From an uncultured bacterium (lineage in GTDB: Bacteria > Patescibacteriota > Minisyncoccia > Phycocordibacterales > Phycocordibacteraceae): a stretch of 64,000 nt of DNA. The notes under the pieces are model-generated. The model saw only the letters and a list, made by a program, of their open reading frames with translations. It searched no databases and was not told where the DNA came from. Below are positions 38,582 through 48,900 of this stretch, piece after piece; position 1 is the first letter of the stretch; each line of letters begins with the position of its first letter. The stretch covers positions 233,363 through 297,362 of the forward strand of contig CAWKPH010000001.1 of the NCBI GenBank assembly GCA_963851445.1, read 5' to 3'. The position numbers were made by a program, and so were the translations under genes.

Positions 38582-39352
38582 ATGGAAAGGCCGAGCACCT
38601 ACACGTTGGTAGATAATCACCTGGTTCTTGATAATGATGAGCGTCGTTATATTCTCAAGGTCCGGGATCTACCACCAGCTGAAAAGCCTCGAGAAAAGAT
38701 GCTTTTACATGGCCCCGGAGCACTTTCTACTCAAGAGCTTCTCGCCGCGATACTCAATACCGGAACCATAAAAGAAGATGTTCTAGCCATGTCATTCCGA
38801 ATCATGAATGAATACGGCGAACGCAGTATTATGAACTCCAAGAATCCTAAGAAACTAGCGGCGGATCTTGATATACCTATTGGAAAAGCTATACAGATTG
38901 TGGCCACTGCGGAGCTTGGTCGACGTTTTTTCCATAAAAATACGGCAAATGCTCCTGTAATACGCACGGCAGAAGAAGTCTTTGAATATGTTAGGGATAT
39001 GCGAGGCCTACCGAAAGAATATCTACGGGGCTTGTATCTCAACTCACACTACAAAGTAATCCATGATGAAGTAATATCGGTTGGCACCATTGATGCCAAT
39101 ATTGTTCACCCTCGGGAGGTATTTAGGCCTGGACTCGAGTATGCTGCAGCTGGAATAATTCTTGTGCACAACCATCCTTCTGGTTCTTCTGAACCAAGTG
39201 AAAAAGACTGCGAAATAACCGAGCAACTTATTAGCGCAGGATCCATTCTTGGAATTGACCTCATTGATCATGTAATTGTCACTGAGGAAGGGTACAAAAG
39301 CGTGCCGGGAACCTATCAGAAAAATGCTAGCGAAACCCACGGGTCTAGGTAA
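38582..39352 (+). CDS. radC: RadC/JAB-domain protein
   Basis: KPREK, ELGRR, VHPREVF, HNHPSG..PS..D, DHVIV. Confidence 0.95.
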   Translation: MERPSTYTLVDNHLVLDNDERRYILKVRDLPPAEKPREKMLLHGPGALSTQELLAAILNTGTIKEDVLAMSFRIMNEYGERSIMNSKNPKKLAADLDIPIGKAIQIVATAELGRRFFHKNTANAPVIRTAEEVFEYVRDMRGLPKEYLRGLYLNSHYKVIHDEVISVGTIDANIVHPREVFRPGLEYAAAGIILVHNHPSGSSEPSEKDCEITEQLISAGSILGIDLIDHVIVTEEGYKSVPGTYQKNASETHGSR

Positions 39353-39397
39353 ATTGCGCTTTGGGTTCTTTATAGCGGTACGTTATAATTTATCTGT

Positions 39398-40240
39398 ATG
39401 GAACAATCTCTTCTCGTAAAACCTTATTCCATTGGATCTCATATCAAAACCACAAGTCATGGCTCCACTGTAATACCCTCACCTTATTACACTCGATCGG
39501 GGGTAATTCAGTTCCTACGGGATAAAGAAACTCAACAAATAGAGGATCTGACTGCTGTCAGCCCGCACGCATTGCCGGGAGCAATAGCTCAAGCTCTAAG
39601 CGTAGCTCAATGCGATGGCTTGGCGTTTGCATACAAAAAATTTGTTATTGCCGGCGAACCAAAGATTCAAACCTTCCAAATGGGGTCCGCGACAAAAGGA
39701 AAAGGCACCATGAAGAGTATTGGCCTGGAGCGAGTCATCAGCCAGAATTGGAGTGTGTTTGGCAGCGTAAGTGGCATTAATTTAAAGATGTCTACGGCGA
39801 ATACTTTTAGAACTGATATTCAAATACGTCTCGAAAACACAGGCACTGGAGAGAGGTTGTTCTTTGAGCGATCCGTGCCATTCCCTATAACCGTATCCAT
39901 GGACCGCGGAGATGCAGTAAATTTGTATTATGCAAAAGGCGGGCTCACACATCCGGCGAAAGGTGACTTCCGAATCAATGTGTGGATACCATTTTTGTTA
40001 GAAAATGTTTATACAAAACAAATCGTTCCCCTCGCCTCAATTCCATCATTTGTAAAGCCGAAATTTCATGAATCGTTATGGTTTGTTGCTATTTTTGTTA
40101 CACTTATTTTCCCTCCTCTAGCGATGGCAATTGCATTATTGTATTTAATCGCGCGTTCAGTACGGGATAGAAAATGGAAAAAGGACCTGGAACTCGCCAA
40201 TATAGAACGTCTAAAGAATTCTGGGTTTCCTAAAAATTAA
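39398..40240 (+). CDS. Hypothetical protein with C-terminal TM
   Basis: TATAAT upstream; hydrophobic C-terminal segment. Confidence 0.65.
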   Translation: MEQSLLVKPYSIGSHIKTTSHGSTVIPSPYYTRSGVIQFLRDKETQQIEDLTAVSPHALPGAIAQALSVAQCDGLAFAYKKFVIAGEPKIQTFQMGSATKGKGTMKSIGLERVISQNWSVFGSVSGINLKMSTANTFRTDIQIRLENTGTGERLFFERSVPFPITVSMDRGDAVNLYYAKGGLTHPAKGDFRINVWIPFLLENVYTKQIVPLASIPSFVKPKFHESLWFVAIFVTLIFPPLAMAIALLYLIARSVRDRKWKKDLELANIERLKNSGFPKN

Positions 40241-40256
40241 TAAAACCAAACTGCTG

Positions 40257-40327
40257 TGCGGATAAGGAGAATCGGACTCCTGTCTCGTCCTTGGCAAGGA
40301 CGCGTTCTACCACTAAACCATATCCGC
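40257..40327 (-). tRNA. tRNA-Gly(GCC)
   Basis: GCGGATA..gtcc-TTGCCAA-ggac; T-loop reads TCCGATT. Confidence 0.92.
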
Positions 40328-41122
40328 TATTAGCGACGATGATAACATAATTCCTCAGTAGTTAGGAGGCTATTCTGTGCACCGTGTTGCCCCGCACCTC
40401 GAAACGGGGGCACTTCATGCAGTGAAGGCCTATCACTACAATTTTCAGGTGGATCTACCGTTCATATCGTCTTACCGCCCTGCAAGGAAGCTGCACACGA
40501 TGAAAGTGTCGAGCGATTATTTAACTCTTTGTACTCTAATTCGACCTGAATAATGCCTACTCTAGAGGTATCTTCCACGTTTTCCACATGTTCTACTCGT
40601 AAGCTTACTTATATAGGACATGTTAACGTATACTGTCCTATAGCTAGAAGGCCTCTAGCTATCCCACGGAAACACGAACTCCCAGTAGCTTGAACTACTG
40701 GGAGCTGTGCGTTATAGAGGCACTCTTCAAACTGCAAATACCTCAGATAAGAATTTCCGAATCTCACTTTCGGCCTTCAAGAGGCCTACACTGAGAGGCC
40801 GATAATTGCGACCGTCAATACATCTATAACTTTGCGATTTTTGCGACCCTCGACAAGTGCCAGTAAACGTCTGTTTGAATGCGTAAACCATCTTTCGTTT
40901 ACGCACCTCCCTTCTGCTTAAAGCGTGAAGAAGGCAGTCGCGAGTTTTTCTATAAGTAGTGATACCATAGGACAACTATGTGCTACTGCCCGAGGGCTAA
41001 ATCCTTCCCACGGATGGGAATTATCCTCAGTATAACCCACACTGCCTAGAGTGTGTCAATGTTGATAACTTTTCAACATCGATTTCCTGGTGTCTTTCGC
41101 AAATCGGCGCCACATTTAGGAC

Positions 41123-41347
41123 ATGGAGGAACCCGCTCCGCTGCCAGCTCGACGTCCTGGCGACCTCATTCTCGATCGCATTCTTCCTGACGCAGATGCT
41201 GATACGCGGGATCAGGCACGTGAATCCCTACGACGGTATGGCGTTGCGCTCCTCAGGCTCGGAGAACGAATCGACGAAAGCAAAAAGTTCGAGGTGGCCT
41301 ACGGTGTGGGTGAGGATCATGGCAAGCCGTGGAAAGCGAGTGCCTAA
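41123..41347 (+). CDS. Small hypothetical protein adjacent to tRNA-Arg 3' end
   Basis: AGGA before ATG; helical ORF. Confidence 0.5.
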   Translation: MEEPAPLPARRPGDLILDRILPDADADTRDQARESLRRYGVALLRLGERIDESKKFEVAYGVGEDHGKPWKASA

Positions 41348-41409
41348 AAATCCATCAAATACGGTGTTTTCGAGCACAAGGGTACACTTCACGCGCGTCG
41401 AATAAAGGG

Positions 41410-41481
41410 TGCCCCTGCCAGGACTCGAACCTGGAATCGCAGTTCCGAAGACTGATGTGATATCCGTTTCACCACAGGGGC
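41410..41481 (-). tRNA. tRNA-Arg(TCG)
   Basis: GCCCCTG..loop CTTCGGA..GGTTCGAGTCC..CAGGGGCA. Confidence 0.92.
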
Positions 41482-41541
41482 GCTCAAAAAAGCATACGGC
41501 AGGCCTAGGAGAATAGCTAGCTGCGTACTAGTATTTCATCA

Positions 41542-43005
41542 ATGGACTTCCCTATCCCCAACGAAGTTACTTCTGTATCTGAAAAATTGCGTAGTGAAGG
41601 CTTCGAAGCATATATGGTGGGAGGATGCGTACGTGATGTACTTCTCGGACGTACTCCCAAAGATTGGGATATAACCACCAACGCAAAGCCTGAGGATATA
41701 CAGCGTATATTTCCAGACAATTATTATAGTAATGAATTTGGAACTGTTGGTGTTAAACGTGAAACTGATAATGAGCAGCTAAAAATAATTGAAGTTACTC
41801 CCTACCGTACTGAAACTGGCTATAGTGACAAGCGTCGACCAGACCAAGTAGAGTTCGGTGATAGTTTAGAGGAAGATCTCGCACGCCGGGATTTCACTAT
41901 AAACGCCATCGCATTCGATGAAAGTAAGGGACAGCTCATAGATCCGTATAAAGGACAAAAGGACATCGAATTAAAGGTTTTAAGGACAGTTGGTAATCCA
42001 GAAGAGCGCTTTGAAGAGGACGGGCTACGTCTGATGCGTGCGGTTCGTCTTGTAGCTGAATTGAATTTTGCCCTTGATGCTGACACTGCGGCCGCAATAC
42101 AAAGGACCGGGAAGAATTTGCAGCATATTTCAAAGGAACGAATTCGCGATGAGTTCATTCGTATCCTCAATTCTGATCAGCCCATGATGGCGCTTGCTCT
42201 GGCGCAGCAGCTCGGAATTCTTACCTACATTGCCCCGGATTTGACTCATGGGGTTGGAATTGAGCAAAACCAAGCTCATAGCTATGACGTATTTGGACAC
42301 CTCCTTAGAGCCGTACAGCACGCAGCTGATAAGAAGCTAAGTTTCGATGTGCGCCTTGCTGCCCTTTTTCACGATGTTGGCAAGCCAGCTACGCGCCGCT
42401 GGTCTGATGAGAAGAACGATTGGACCTTCTACGGCCATGATGTCGTTGGAGCCAAAATGACTAAAAAAGCACTTGAGGAACTCCGGTTTTCACGTGAAAC
42501 TGTAAATAAGGTCGTCAAATTAGTCAGGTGGCATATGTTCTTTTCCGATCCTGATCAAATAACGCTCTCTGCCGTGCGGCGCATGATTCAGAATGTTGGA
42601 GAGGAGAATATATGGGAACTATTGGAACTTCGAATTTGTGACCGTATTGGAACAGGACGACCAAAGGAGCAACCGTTTCGTTTCCGCAAATATAAGGCAA
42701 TGGTGGAAGAAGCCCTCAGAGACCCTATATCAGTTGCGCTTCTCAAAACCGACGGAGGCCATATAATGCAGCATTTTGAGATTCCACCGGGACCCAGAAT
42801 TGGCTGGATCTTGAATGCTCTACTTGAGGAGGTTCTTGATGATAAGTCACTAAATGAGCGAGAGTATTTGGATAAGCGCACGGCTGAATTGCTTATGCTT
42901 GATGACACAGCACTCAGGGAGCTGGGGGAATCCGGCAAGCGACGTAAGGAGGAAGAGGAGGAAGAGGAGATTAGGAAAATACTCGAAAAGAACCACGTAT
43001 CATAA
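41542..43005 (+). CDS. cca: CCA tRNA nucleotidyltransferase with HD domain
   Basis: VGGCVRD..DWDITT, DLARRDFTINA, RFEEDGLR, ERIRDE, FHDVGK. Confidence 0.92.
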   Translation: MDFPIPNEVTSVSEKLRSEGFEAYMVGGCVRDVLLGRTPKDWDITTNAKPEDIQRIFPDNYYSNEFGTVGVKRETDNEQLKIIEVTPYRTETGYSDKRRPDQVEFGDSLEEDLARRDFTINAIAFDESKGQLIDPYKGQKDIELKVLRTVGNPEERFEEDGLRLMRAVRLVAELNFALDADTAAAIQRTGKNLQHISKERIRDEFIRILNSDQPMMALALAQQLGILTYIAPDLTHGVGIEQNQAHSYDVFGHLLRAVQHAADKKLSFDVRLAALFHDVGKPATRRWSDEKNDWTFYGHDVVGAKMTKKALEELRFSRETVNKVVKLVRWHMFFSDPDQITLSAVRRMIQNVGEENIWELLELRICDRIGTGRPKEQPFRFRKYKAMVEEALRDPISVALLKTDGGHIMQHFEIPPGPRIGWILNALLEEVLDDKSLNEREYLDKRTAELLMLDDTALRELGESGKRRKEEEEEEEIRKILEKNHVS

Positions 43006-43273
43006 GGCTTTAAAGGGTTCCACGTGAAAATAAAAAGAGGCCGAAGTCTTAAAATGTAGCTTTGTACACTTTGAGGCTTCGGCCTCTTAGTTTGGCTCTT
43101 AGGGTCTTAGGCGGAGGGCAAAATTGGGGAAAGGGGCAAAATGATGGGGCCCTCCAAGAGAATTCGATCCTAACAGCCCGATGCTGTGTTTTCACGTGTA
43201 ACCGCTCTCCCAACCTTTTATATTATTGGGGATACGCCCCGAATTCGTTGTTGGGGTAGTTTCACGTTAAACA
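42486..43273. promoter_or_regulatory. Cluster of four parS-like palindromes
   Basis: GTTTTCACGTGAAACT 42486, GGTTCCACGTGAAAAT 43016, GTTTTCACGTGTAACC 43188, AGTTTCACGTTAAACA 43258. Confidence 0.6.
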
Positions 43274-43448
43274 CTATGATAGAAAGAACTTATGAAAGAT
43301 CTATTAAAGAGCAGCCACTTCCGAGACGCTCTTTATTATCGTTCACAAGTCGCCTCGGTCTTTAAATATAATAGATTCATATAGGACATTGTAAAGGACA
43401 ACATGTGGACAACTTCGCATATAAGCATCTGTCCTATAGAACAGATGC

Positions 43449-44213
43449 TTATATCGTTATGGAAATGGGACAGTGGTCCGAACCATATATATCGGCGTGA
43501 ATTTCTGCCTTCTTTATATTCTTCACAAACTCCTGTGCAACAAAAAAGTAGTCAATGCGCCACCCAACATTGCGTTCGCGAGCATGAGTGAAGTTATCCC
43601 AATACGTATAAGCTTCCTTTCGGTTGGGGTTGAAATGCCGGTACATATCGACATACCCTGCATTTATCACTTCATCAATCCAGGCGCGTTCTTCCGGAAG
43701 AAAGCCTGTATTTGATTCGTTCTCCTTAGGTCGCGCCAAATCAATCTCTTCATGAGCTGTGTTCACGTCCCCACAAAAAATGACTGGCTTCTCTTTGCGG
43801 AGCTTCTCGCAAAAAGCTAGGAATGCATCGTAATAGCGAAGCTTGAAATCTATTCGCTCGGGACCTCGACCACCATTGGGGAAATAGATGTTGAGGAGCC
43901 AGAAGTCTTCATATTCCGCGCCAATTAGCCGCCCCTCCAGGTCGAACTCAGGGAATCCAAGTCCATATACTAGATTTAGAGGCTCAACCTTTGAGTACAA
44001 AGCCACACCGCTATATCCCTTACGCAATTGAGAGGAAGCGAAGAAAGGGGAGTACCCTCCAATATTCAGGAGCTCATCGGAAAGCTGCTCAGGACTTGCT
44101 TTTGTCTCTTGGAGCCCAAGAATATCGGGTTTAATCTCCTTCAGAAAGGTCTCCCAATACCCGTTTCTATGCACTGCTCGCAGGCCGTTAACATTCCAGG
44201 AGACGATACGCAT
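43449..44213 (-). CDS. xth: Exodeoxyribonuclease III
   Basis: SWNVNGLR, LQETK, GYSGV, YFPNG, GDVN, WRIDY, SDHCP. Confidence 0.95.
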   Translation of the reverse strand: MRIVSWNVNGLRAVHRNGYWETFLKEIKPDILGLQETKASPEQLSDELLNIGGYSPFFASSQLRKGYSGVALYSKVEPLNLVYGLGFPEFDLEGRLIGAEYEDFWLLNIYFPNGGRGPERIDFKLRYYDAFLAFCEKLRKEKPVIFCGDVNTAHEEIDLARPKENESNTGFLPEERAWIDEVINAGYVDMYRHFNPNRKEAYTYWDNFTHARERNVGWRIDYFFVAQEFVKNIKKAEIHADIYGSDHCPISITI

Positions 44214-44246
44214 AGGCACATTGTACGGCATTAGGTGCGTCTTTGT

Positions 44247-45194
44247 TTAGGCGCGTGAATGAAATTTTTTATGAACCTCCCGAAGATGGGCGTCTGTAAC
44301 ATGGGTATAAATTTGTGTCGTTGTGATCGAGGCATGACCGAGGAGTTGCTGAACTGAGCGAATATCTGCGCCATTTGAGAGCAGATCGGTAGCAAAGGAG
44401 TGACGAAGTATGTGGGGTGTTACTTTCTTTGTGATTCCCGCTTTGGCAGCATAGATCTTGATCATGCGTTCAACCGAACGAGGAGTAAGCCGGCTTGGCG
44501 TGCGTGTACTTTGTTTTTTGGGCCCTTCGTCTAATGCCTTACCCGCCGTTTTTGGGGGTGTCTGGAGTGGAATATTCACGAAAAGCGCTTCGTCCATGTC
44601 TTTACGAGCTTTTAGATACGTAGATACGGCGTTTTTTGCTCCCTGCGAGATGAATACGACCCGGACCTTATCTCCTTTACCGCGAACCGACATCTCATCG
44701 CGAGAGAGGTCAATGTCAGAATCGAGTGCGCAGAGTTCAGAAACACGCAGCCCTGTGGAAAAAAGGAGTTCCAGCATTGCCTTGTCGCGAAGAGATTTCA
44801 AATCGGTGCCGGTTGCCGACTCGATGAGACGATTGAGCTCGGTGGGAGTGATGAGATCAAGAGAGCGTTCTGGAAGTTTCGCTAGGTCTATCTTTTCAGG
44901 AGAAAGGGCAGGAATATCGCGCTTACGGAGGAATTTAAGGTAAGCGCGTAGTGCGATAAGGTAGTAATTCTGGGTTTTTCGCTTCATTGAAGCTGTTCCT
45001 GTTCCAGGCTGGCGGTTAAGCCACAAGCGGAATTCGCGAATCCTTTCCTCGGTAATATCTGAGGTATCCTTTATGCCCGCATGAGAGAAAAATCTCGTAA
45101 GATAGCGGTCATAATTCTCGATGGTTTTAACAGCACGACCTCGCTCAATCTCTGTATGCTCGAGAAATTGGCGTTTCATTACCTGTACATCCAT
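44247..45194 (-). CDS. XerC/XerD-family tyrosine recombinase
   Basis: SAM-like N-domain; TGLRVSEL, GKGDKVR, TPHILRHSFAT, LGH, TTQIYTHV. Confidence 0.93.
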   Translation of the reverse strand: MDVQVMKRQFLEHTEIERGRAVKTIENYDRYLTRFFSHAGIKDTSDITEERIREFRLWLNRQPGTGTASMKRKTQNYYLIALRAYLKFLRKRDIPALSPEKIDLAKLPERSLDLITPTELNRLIESATGTDLKSLRDKAMLELLFSTGLRVSELCALDSDIDLSRDEMSVRGKGDKVRVVFISQGAKNAVSTYLKARKDMDEALFVNIPLQTPPKTAGKALDEGPKKQSTRTPSRLTPRSVERMIKIYAAKAGITKKVTPHILRHSFATDLLSNGADIRSVQQLLGHASITTTQIYTHVTDAHLREVHKKFHSRA

Positions 45195-45337
45195 AAGGAT
45201 AGTATAGCGTGCCCATTATTGTGCGACCTACGCTAAAACTCCGTTTGTAGATTTTAGAATCTGTGTATAAATCGAAAAAAAGGTCGTCCGAGTATTGCAG
45301 ACGACCACTCAAGGTTCATGTAGAAGTTAGCTTCGAA

Positions 45338-45712
45338 TCAAGTCCAGCGAAGCTCGCCGCGTCTCCCCAAGTGAACTGGTGGGGCCACATAAGTGGCTGA
45401 CCCCCACTTTTGGTCTTCATTACAACGCCACTCAATGAAATGACCGCCGGACCAAATACGAAATGTGCCTCTGGGTGTGGGTGGTTCTACATGCGAGACC
45501 GTGCCCACGATCGACCAGCCAACATCTTCAGGTCTATTGCCGCTGGCAGTGAACTCGAATTCTCTGCCAAGGAGATCAGAGACTTTGTTCAACTGAAGAC
45601 CCGTAATCTCACGTATTATGTCAGGCACCTCATTGTCGGACTTTGGATCATGTATTCTGGTAGCTAATGCCACTGTAGTCATTGAAGACTCCCGTATCTG
45701 GAAGACGCGCAA
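45338..45712 (-). CDS. Hypothetical accessory protein
   Basis: GGGGAGG SD before TTG; own terminator near 45275-45306. Confidence 0.55.
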   Translation of the reverse strand: MRVFQIRESSMTTVALATRIHDPKSDNEVPDIIREITGLQLNKVSDLLGREFEFTASGNRPEDVGWSIVGTVSHVEPPTPRGTFRIWSGGHFIEWRCNEDQKWGSATYVAPPVHLGRRGELRWT

Positions 45713-45777
45713 GAAAGACCTCCCCTATATAAGACCGAATATTCAAGTGAAAGGTTACAGAGCGGGGGATGGATAAA

Positions 45778-45809
45778 CGTAAACTCCGCGCCCTAGCGCG
45801 GAGTTTACG
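45778..45809. terminator. Hairpin downstream of the small membrane gene
   Basis: cgtaaactccgcg/cgcggagtttacg. Confidence 0.7.
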
Positions 45810-45867
45810 TTACCCTTCACTCATACTTGTGACGCTCTATTCGTTTGTCCTTACGCAGCCAGTGATA

Positions 45868-46062
45868 CTACTGATAAGCGTGGCTTGCGCTGGCGCTACT
45901 TTCTCCACTCATTGCTCCCCAGAGCCCGAGTATCGCAACGAGAGCACCACCGACAATTAGCGTCCACATCAGCGCCGCACCCGTGAGTCCAAGGAAGGCT
46001 GTTACGATGATCGCCAAACCAAGAACGACGTTAATCCAATGCTGCCACATACGAAATTCCAT
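45868..46062 (-). CDS. SPW-repeat-like small membrane protein
   Basis: WQHWINVVLGL...IVGGALVAILGLW. Confidence 0.65.
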   Translation of the reverse strand: MEFRMWQHWINVVLGLAIIVTAFLGLTGAALMWTLIVGGALVAILGLWGAMSGESSASASHAYQ

Positions 46063-46277
46063 TTAGGGGCTGGTAATTTCGACCATGGCTACATAATAGA
46101 GAAAGATAGATGTAGATTTTATGAAGGAGCATAAGACTTTCCCATCGCCCTCTAGTGTCTTGTTCTAATGGAGGTCATTTGTTACGAGTAAACCTCTGAA
46201 AGCCAGGGTCTGGGAGCTTTCTTTGGATGACCCGAACACCCTTGCAAAATTAGTCAAGGTGTGGTATTCTACATCCA

Positions 46278-46544
46278 ATGCTTACAAAACGTGTAAAAAC
46301 AGCCACTATCAAGGCGGTGGCTATCCATCCGACTGACACCGGTTCTGCCGACGTACAAGTTGCGGTGCTTAGCCGTAAAATCGATGAATTGACCAGTCAT
46401 TTGAAGAAGAATCCTAAAGATTTTCATTCACGACGCGGTCTTCTTCAAATGGTTGCTGATCGTAGGGCACATCTGCGCTATCTTGAAAAGAACAACAAGC
46501 GCCGTTATAGCGTGCTTATCAAGAAGCTCGGTCTCAAGAAATAA
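46278..46544 (+). CDS. rpsO: 30S ribosomal protein S15
   Basis: DTGSADVQVA, HSRRGLLQMV, LGL. Confidence 0.97.
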   Translation: MLTKRVKTATIKAVAIHPTDTGSADVQVAVLSRKIDELTSHLKKNPKDFHSRRGLLQMVADRRAHLRYLEKNNKRRYSVLIKKLGLKK

Positions 46545-46655
46545 TTTTGAAGAGCGGTTTACAAGCCGCTCTTTGTGTATAGGCAGGTGCTACCATAAGC
46601 AGAGAAGCAATGTGCTTCAATTTTAATAAATTTCATATTTTAGTTACGTAATTTT

Positions 46656-47168
46656 ATGCCAGTTATAAAACATAGTGCCCAGCGAGTCGGAGTCTTTATC
46701 GATACTCAAAATCTCTACCATAGTGCAAAACACCTCTATAAAAGCCGTGTAAACTTCCAAAAAGTCCTCGAGGAAGCAGTCGAGGGTCGTATTCTTGTGC
46801 GTGCGATCGCCTACGTTATCAGTACCGAGGGTGGGGAAGAGAACAATTTCTTTGATGCGCTTACAAAAATAGGGATTGAAACAAAAGTAAAGGGTCTCCA
46901 AGTCTTCGCAGATGGCGCTAAGAAAGCAGATTGGGACGTTGGACTTGCTATTGACGCCGTTAAACTCGCGCCGAAACTCGATACCGTCATTCTCGCAACG
47001 GGGGATGGTGATTTTGTACCGCTCATTGAATACCTTGATATGAATGAAGGATGCCAAGTAGAAGTAATTTCGTTTGGGAAATCATCTTCCTCAAAACTCA
47101 AGGAAGCCGCACATGGTTTTACCGACATGTGTGACGACCCGAAGAAATATTTGATCGGGAATCGGTAA
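46656..47168 (+). CDS. NYN domain (LabA/DUF88) protein
   Basis: FIDTQNLY, KADWDVGLAID, TGDGDF. Confidence 0.92.
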   Translation: MPVIKHSAQRVGVFIDTQNLYHSAKHLYKSRVNFQKVLEEAVEGRILVRAIAYVISTEGGEENNFFDALTKIGIETKVKGLQVFADGAKKADWDVGLAIDAVKLAPKLDTVILATGDGDFVPLIEYLDMNEGCQVEVISFGKSSSSKLKEAAHGFTDMCDDPKKYLIGNR

Positions 47169-47225
47169 GATTTTAACGTTCGTTGTTAAAAGCACGCCGC
47201 GTAGGAGAAAAAACCGGTTATACTT

Positions 47226-48860
47226 TTGGTAGTGGATGACCAGCACCGTACCAAAGAAATCGTAAGCGAACAGAAGAATACTTCGCAGTACATACGTACC
47301 TACGCAAAAGATTTAGCGAAATTCTCGGGCAAAGAGGCGGCCAGTGCAACTGATGCACTCGCACAAATGCCCCATCCGAAAGTTTCTGCTCCTGTGCCAG
47401 AGCGAGTGCATGAAGCGAAACCGGTGTCGGTGCAAAAATTTCCACCCGAATCTAAACCAAAACGTGAACATCACGGTTTTTCGTTTCTCAATTTTCTTTT
47501 TGTACACAACGAGCCCCATATCAATGCTATGGAGGAAACGCTTCCTGAGGAGAAATCTCATGATACTTCCATACTTACCAATCAGACGGATAAATCACAC
47601 CCCGCTGAAGGACCTACTGTAAAAGAGGGCGAGCCTGACAACCCCTTGCTCCTTCCCTCACTTCCGCCGCCCGAACCTCTCCCGGCAACACCAATTATTG
47701 CGACACCTACACTGCCACCCGCATCTGTGTATCCAACTCCGATTCAAATTTCAGCGCCTGCACCTAGGCCAGACGTATCTTTTGAATACCAACCTTTACC
47801 AGTTGCACTCCCCGCAACTCCTACTCGATCCAAGTGGGCGGCGCGCCTTGCGCAAAACACTGAGCCTGCACCATTTACGAGTGCTCCCGAACCGACCTCA
47901 ATCCCGCCTGTAGTTGAAATGCCTCTCAAGGTGGGTACGCCACCAAACTTCGGGACCATACCCGTAGTAACTCCTTTTGTACAAACAACTTCTACACCAC
48001 TTCATACATTCAGTTCTGATTTCTCCGATCGCATTGACTCCGAGCGTGCTTCTCGCTTCTCGGTACTTGCTGCTGAAACTGATGCGCACTCGGCAAAAGC
48101 AGAGCGTCCAAAGAGTAGCGGCGGACTGGTGCCTGTTTTGATTGGTGTTGTGCTCATTATTGCCGGCGCCGTAGGGATATATGCCGCTTACTCTGTATTC
48201 CACGGTCGAACCGCTGTTACCCTTTCACTTACACCACCATCTCTCATCACGCCAGATCAAAGCGTGGAGCTTTCAGGAACCGGACAAAATTTACTTGAAG
48301 CACTTGCATCACAGTCACAAACACCACTTCCTGAAAACACAGTCCTGCTCACCTATATATCAGAAGCAACAACAACGAATGCAGGATCCGTTGAAGTTCC
48401 TGGCTCAGGTAACTCGTTTCTTGAGGCGCTCGGCCTTCCTGCACCGGATATACTCCTACGAAACATAGGTTCAGAAAGTACGGTCGGCGTCGTGCATGCG
48501 GGAACCGAAACCGCGCCGTTCTTTATCATCCGCGTTACTTCTTACACACGAACCTTCGCTGGGATGCTTGATTGGGAACCAACCATGGCAAGCGATCTTG
48601 CGGAGCTGTATCCACCGTACCCTGTTACTGCGACGGTTATTTCATCGTCGACTCCAGGGTCAAACGTCGCAGTGCCTGTCACTCAACCGAATCAATTCAT
48701 CGATGAAGTTGTCGACAACCACAATACACGTGTGCTACAAGATTCTGAAGGAAGAAGCATCATTATCTATGGGTATGCCGACCCCCAAACACTGATCATC
48801 GCTCGCGATGAGGACGCGTTTACACTTATCCTTAGTCGACTGCAGACAGCTGGTGAGTAG
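47226..48860 (+). CDS. Pro-rich single-pass membrane protein
   Basis: Long Pro-rich N-region, TM, C-terminal FAGMLDWE domain; start uncertain. Confidence 0.7.
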   Translation: MVVDDQHRTKEIVSEQKNTSQYIRTYAKDLAKFSGKEAASATDALAQMPHPKVSAPVPERVHEAKPVSVQKFPPESKPKREHHGFSFLNFLFVHNEPHINAMEETLPEEKSHDTSILTNQTDKSHPAEGPTVKEGEPDNPLLLPSLPPPEPLPATPIIATPTLPPASVYPTPIQISAPAPRPDVSFEYQPLPVALPATPTRSKWAARLAQNTEPAPFTSAPEPTSIPPVVEMPLKVGTPPNFGTIPVVTPFVQTTSTPLHTFSSDFSDRIDSERASRFSVLAAETDAHSAKAERPKSSGGLVPVLIGVVLIIAGAVGIYAAYSVFHGRTAVTLSLTPPSLITPDQSVELSGTGQNLLEALASQSQTPLPENTVLLTYISEATTTNAGSVEVPGSGNSFLEALGLPAPDILLRNIGSESTVGVVHAGTETAPFFIIRVTSYTRTFAGMLDWEPTMASDLAELYPPYPVTATVISSSTPGSNVAVPVTQPNQFIDEVVDNHNTRVLQDSEGRSIIIYGYADPQTLIIARDEDAFTLILSRLQTAGE

Positions 48861-48900
48861 ACTTCATGGGGATTTCAAAAAGATATGCTAAAGTCTCTCC

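Noticed and set aside
38582-45194. radC plus tyrosine recombinase as a prophage or ICE
   Set aside because: radC is full-length and chromosomal-type, the neighbours are housekeeping genes, and there are no phage genes or flanking att repeats.
46150-46277. S15 autoregulatory leader RNA
   Set aside because: The promoter sits immediately before the ATG, leaving no leader.
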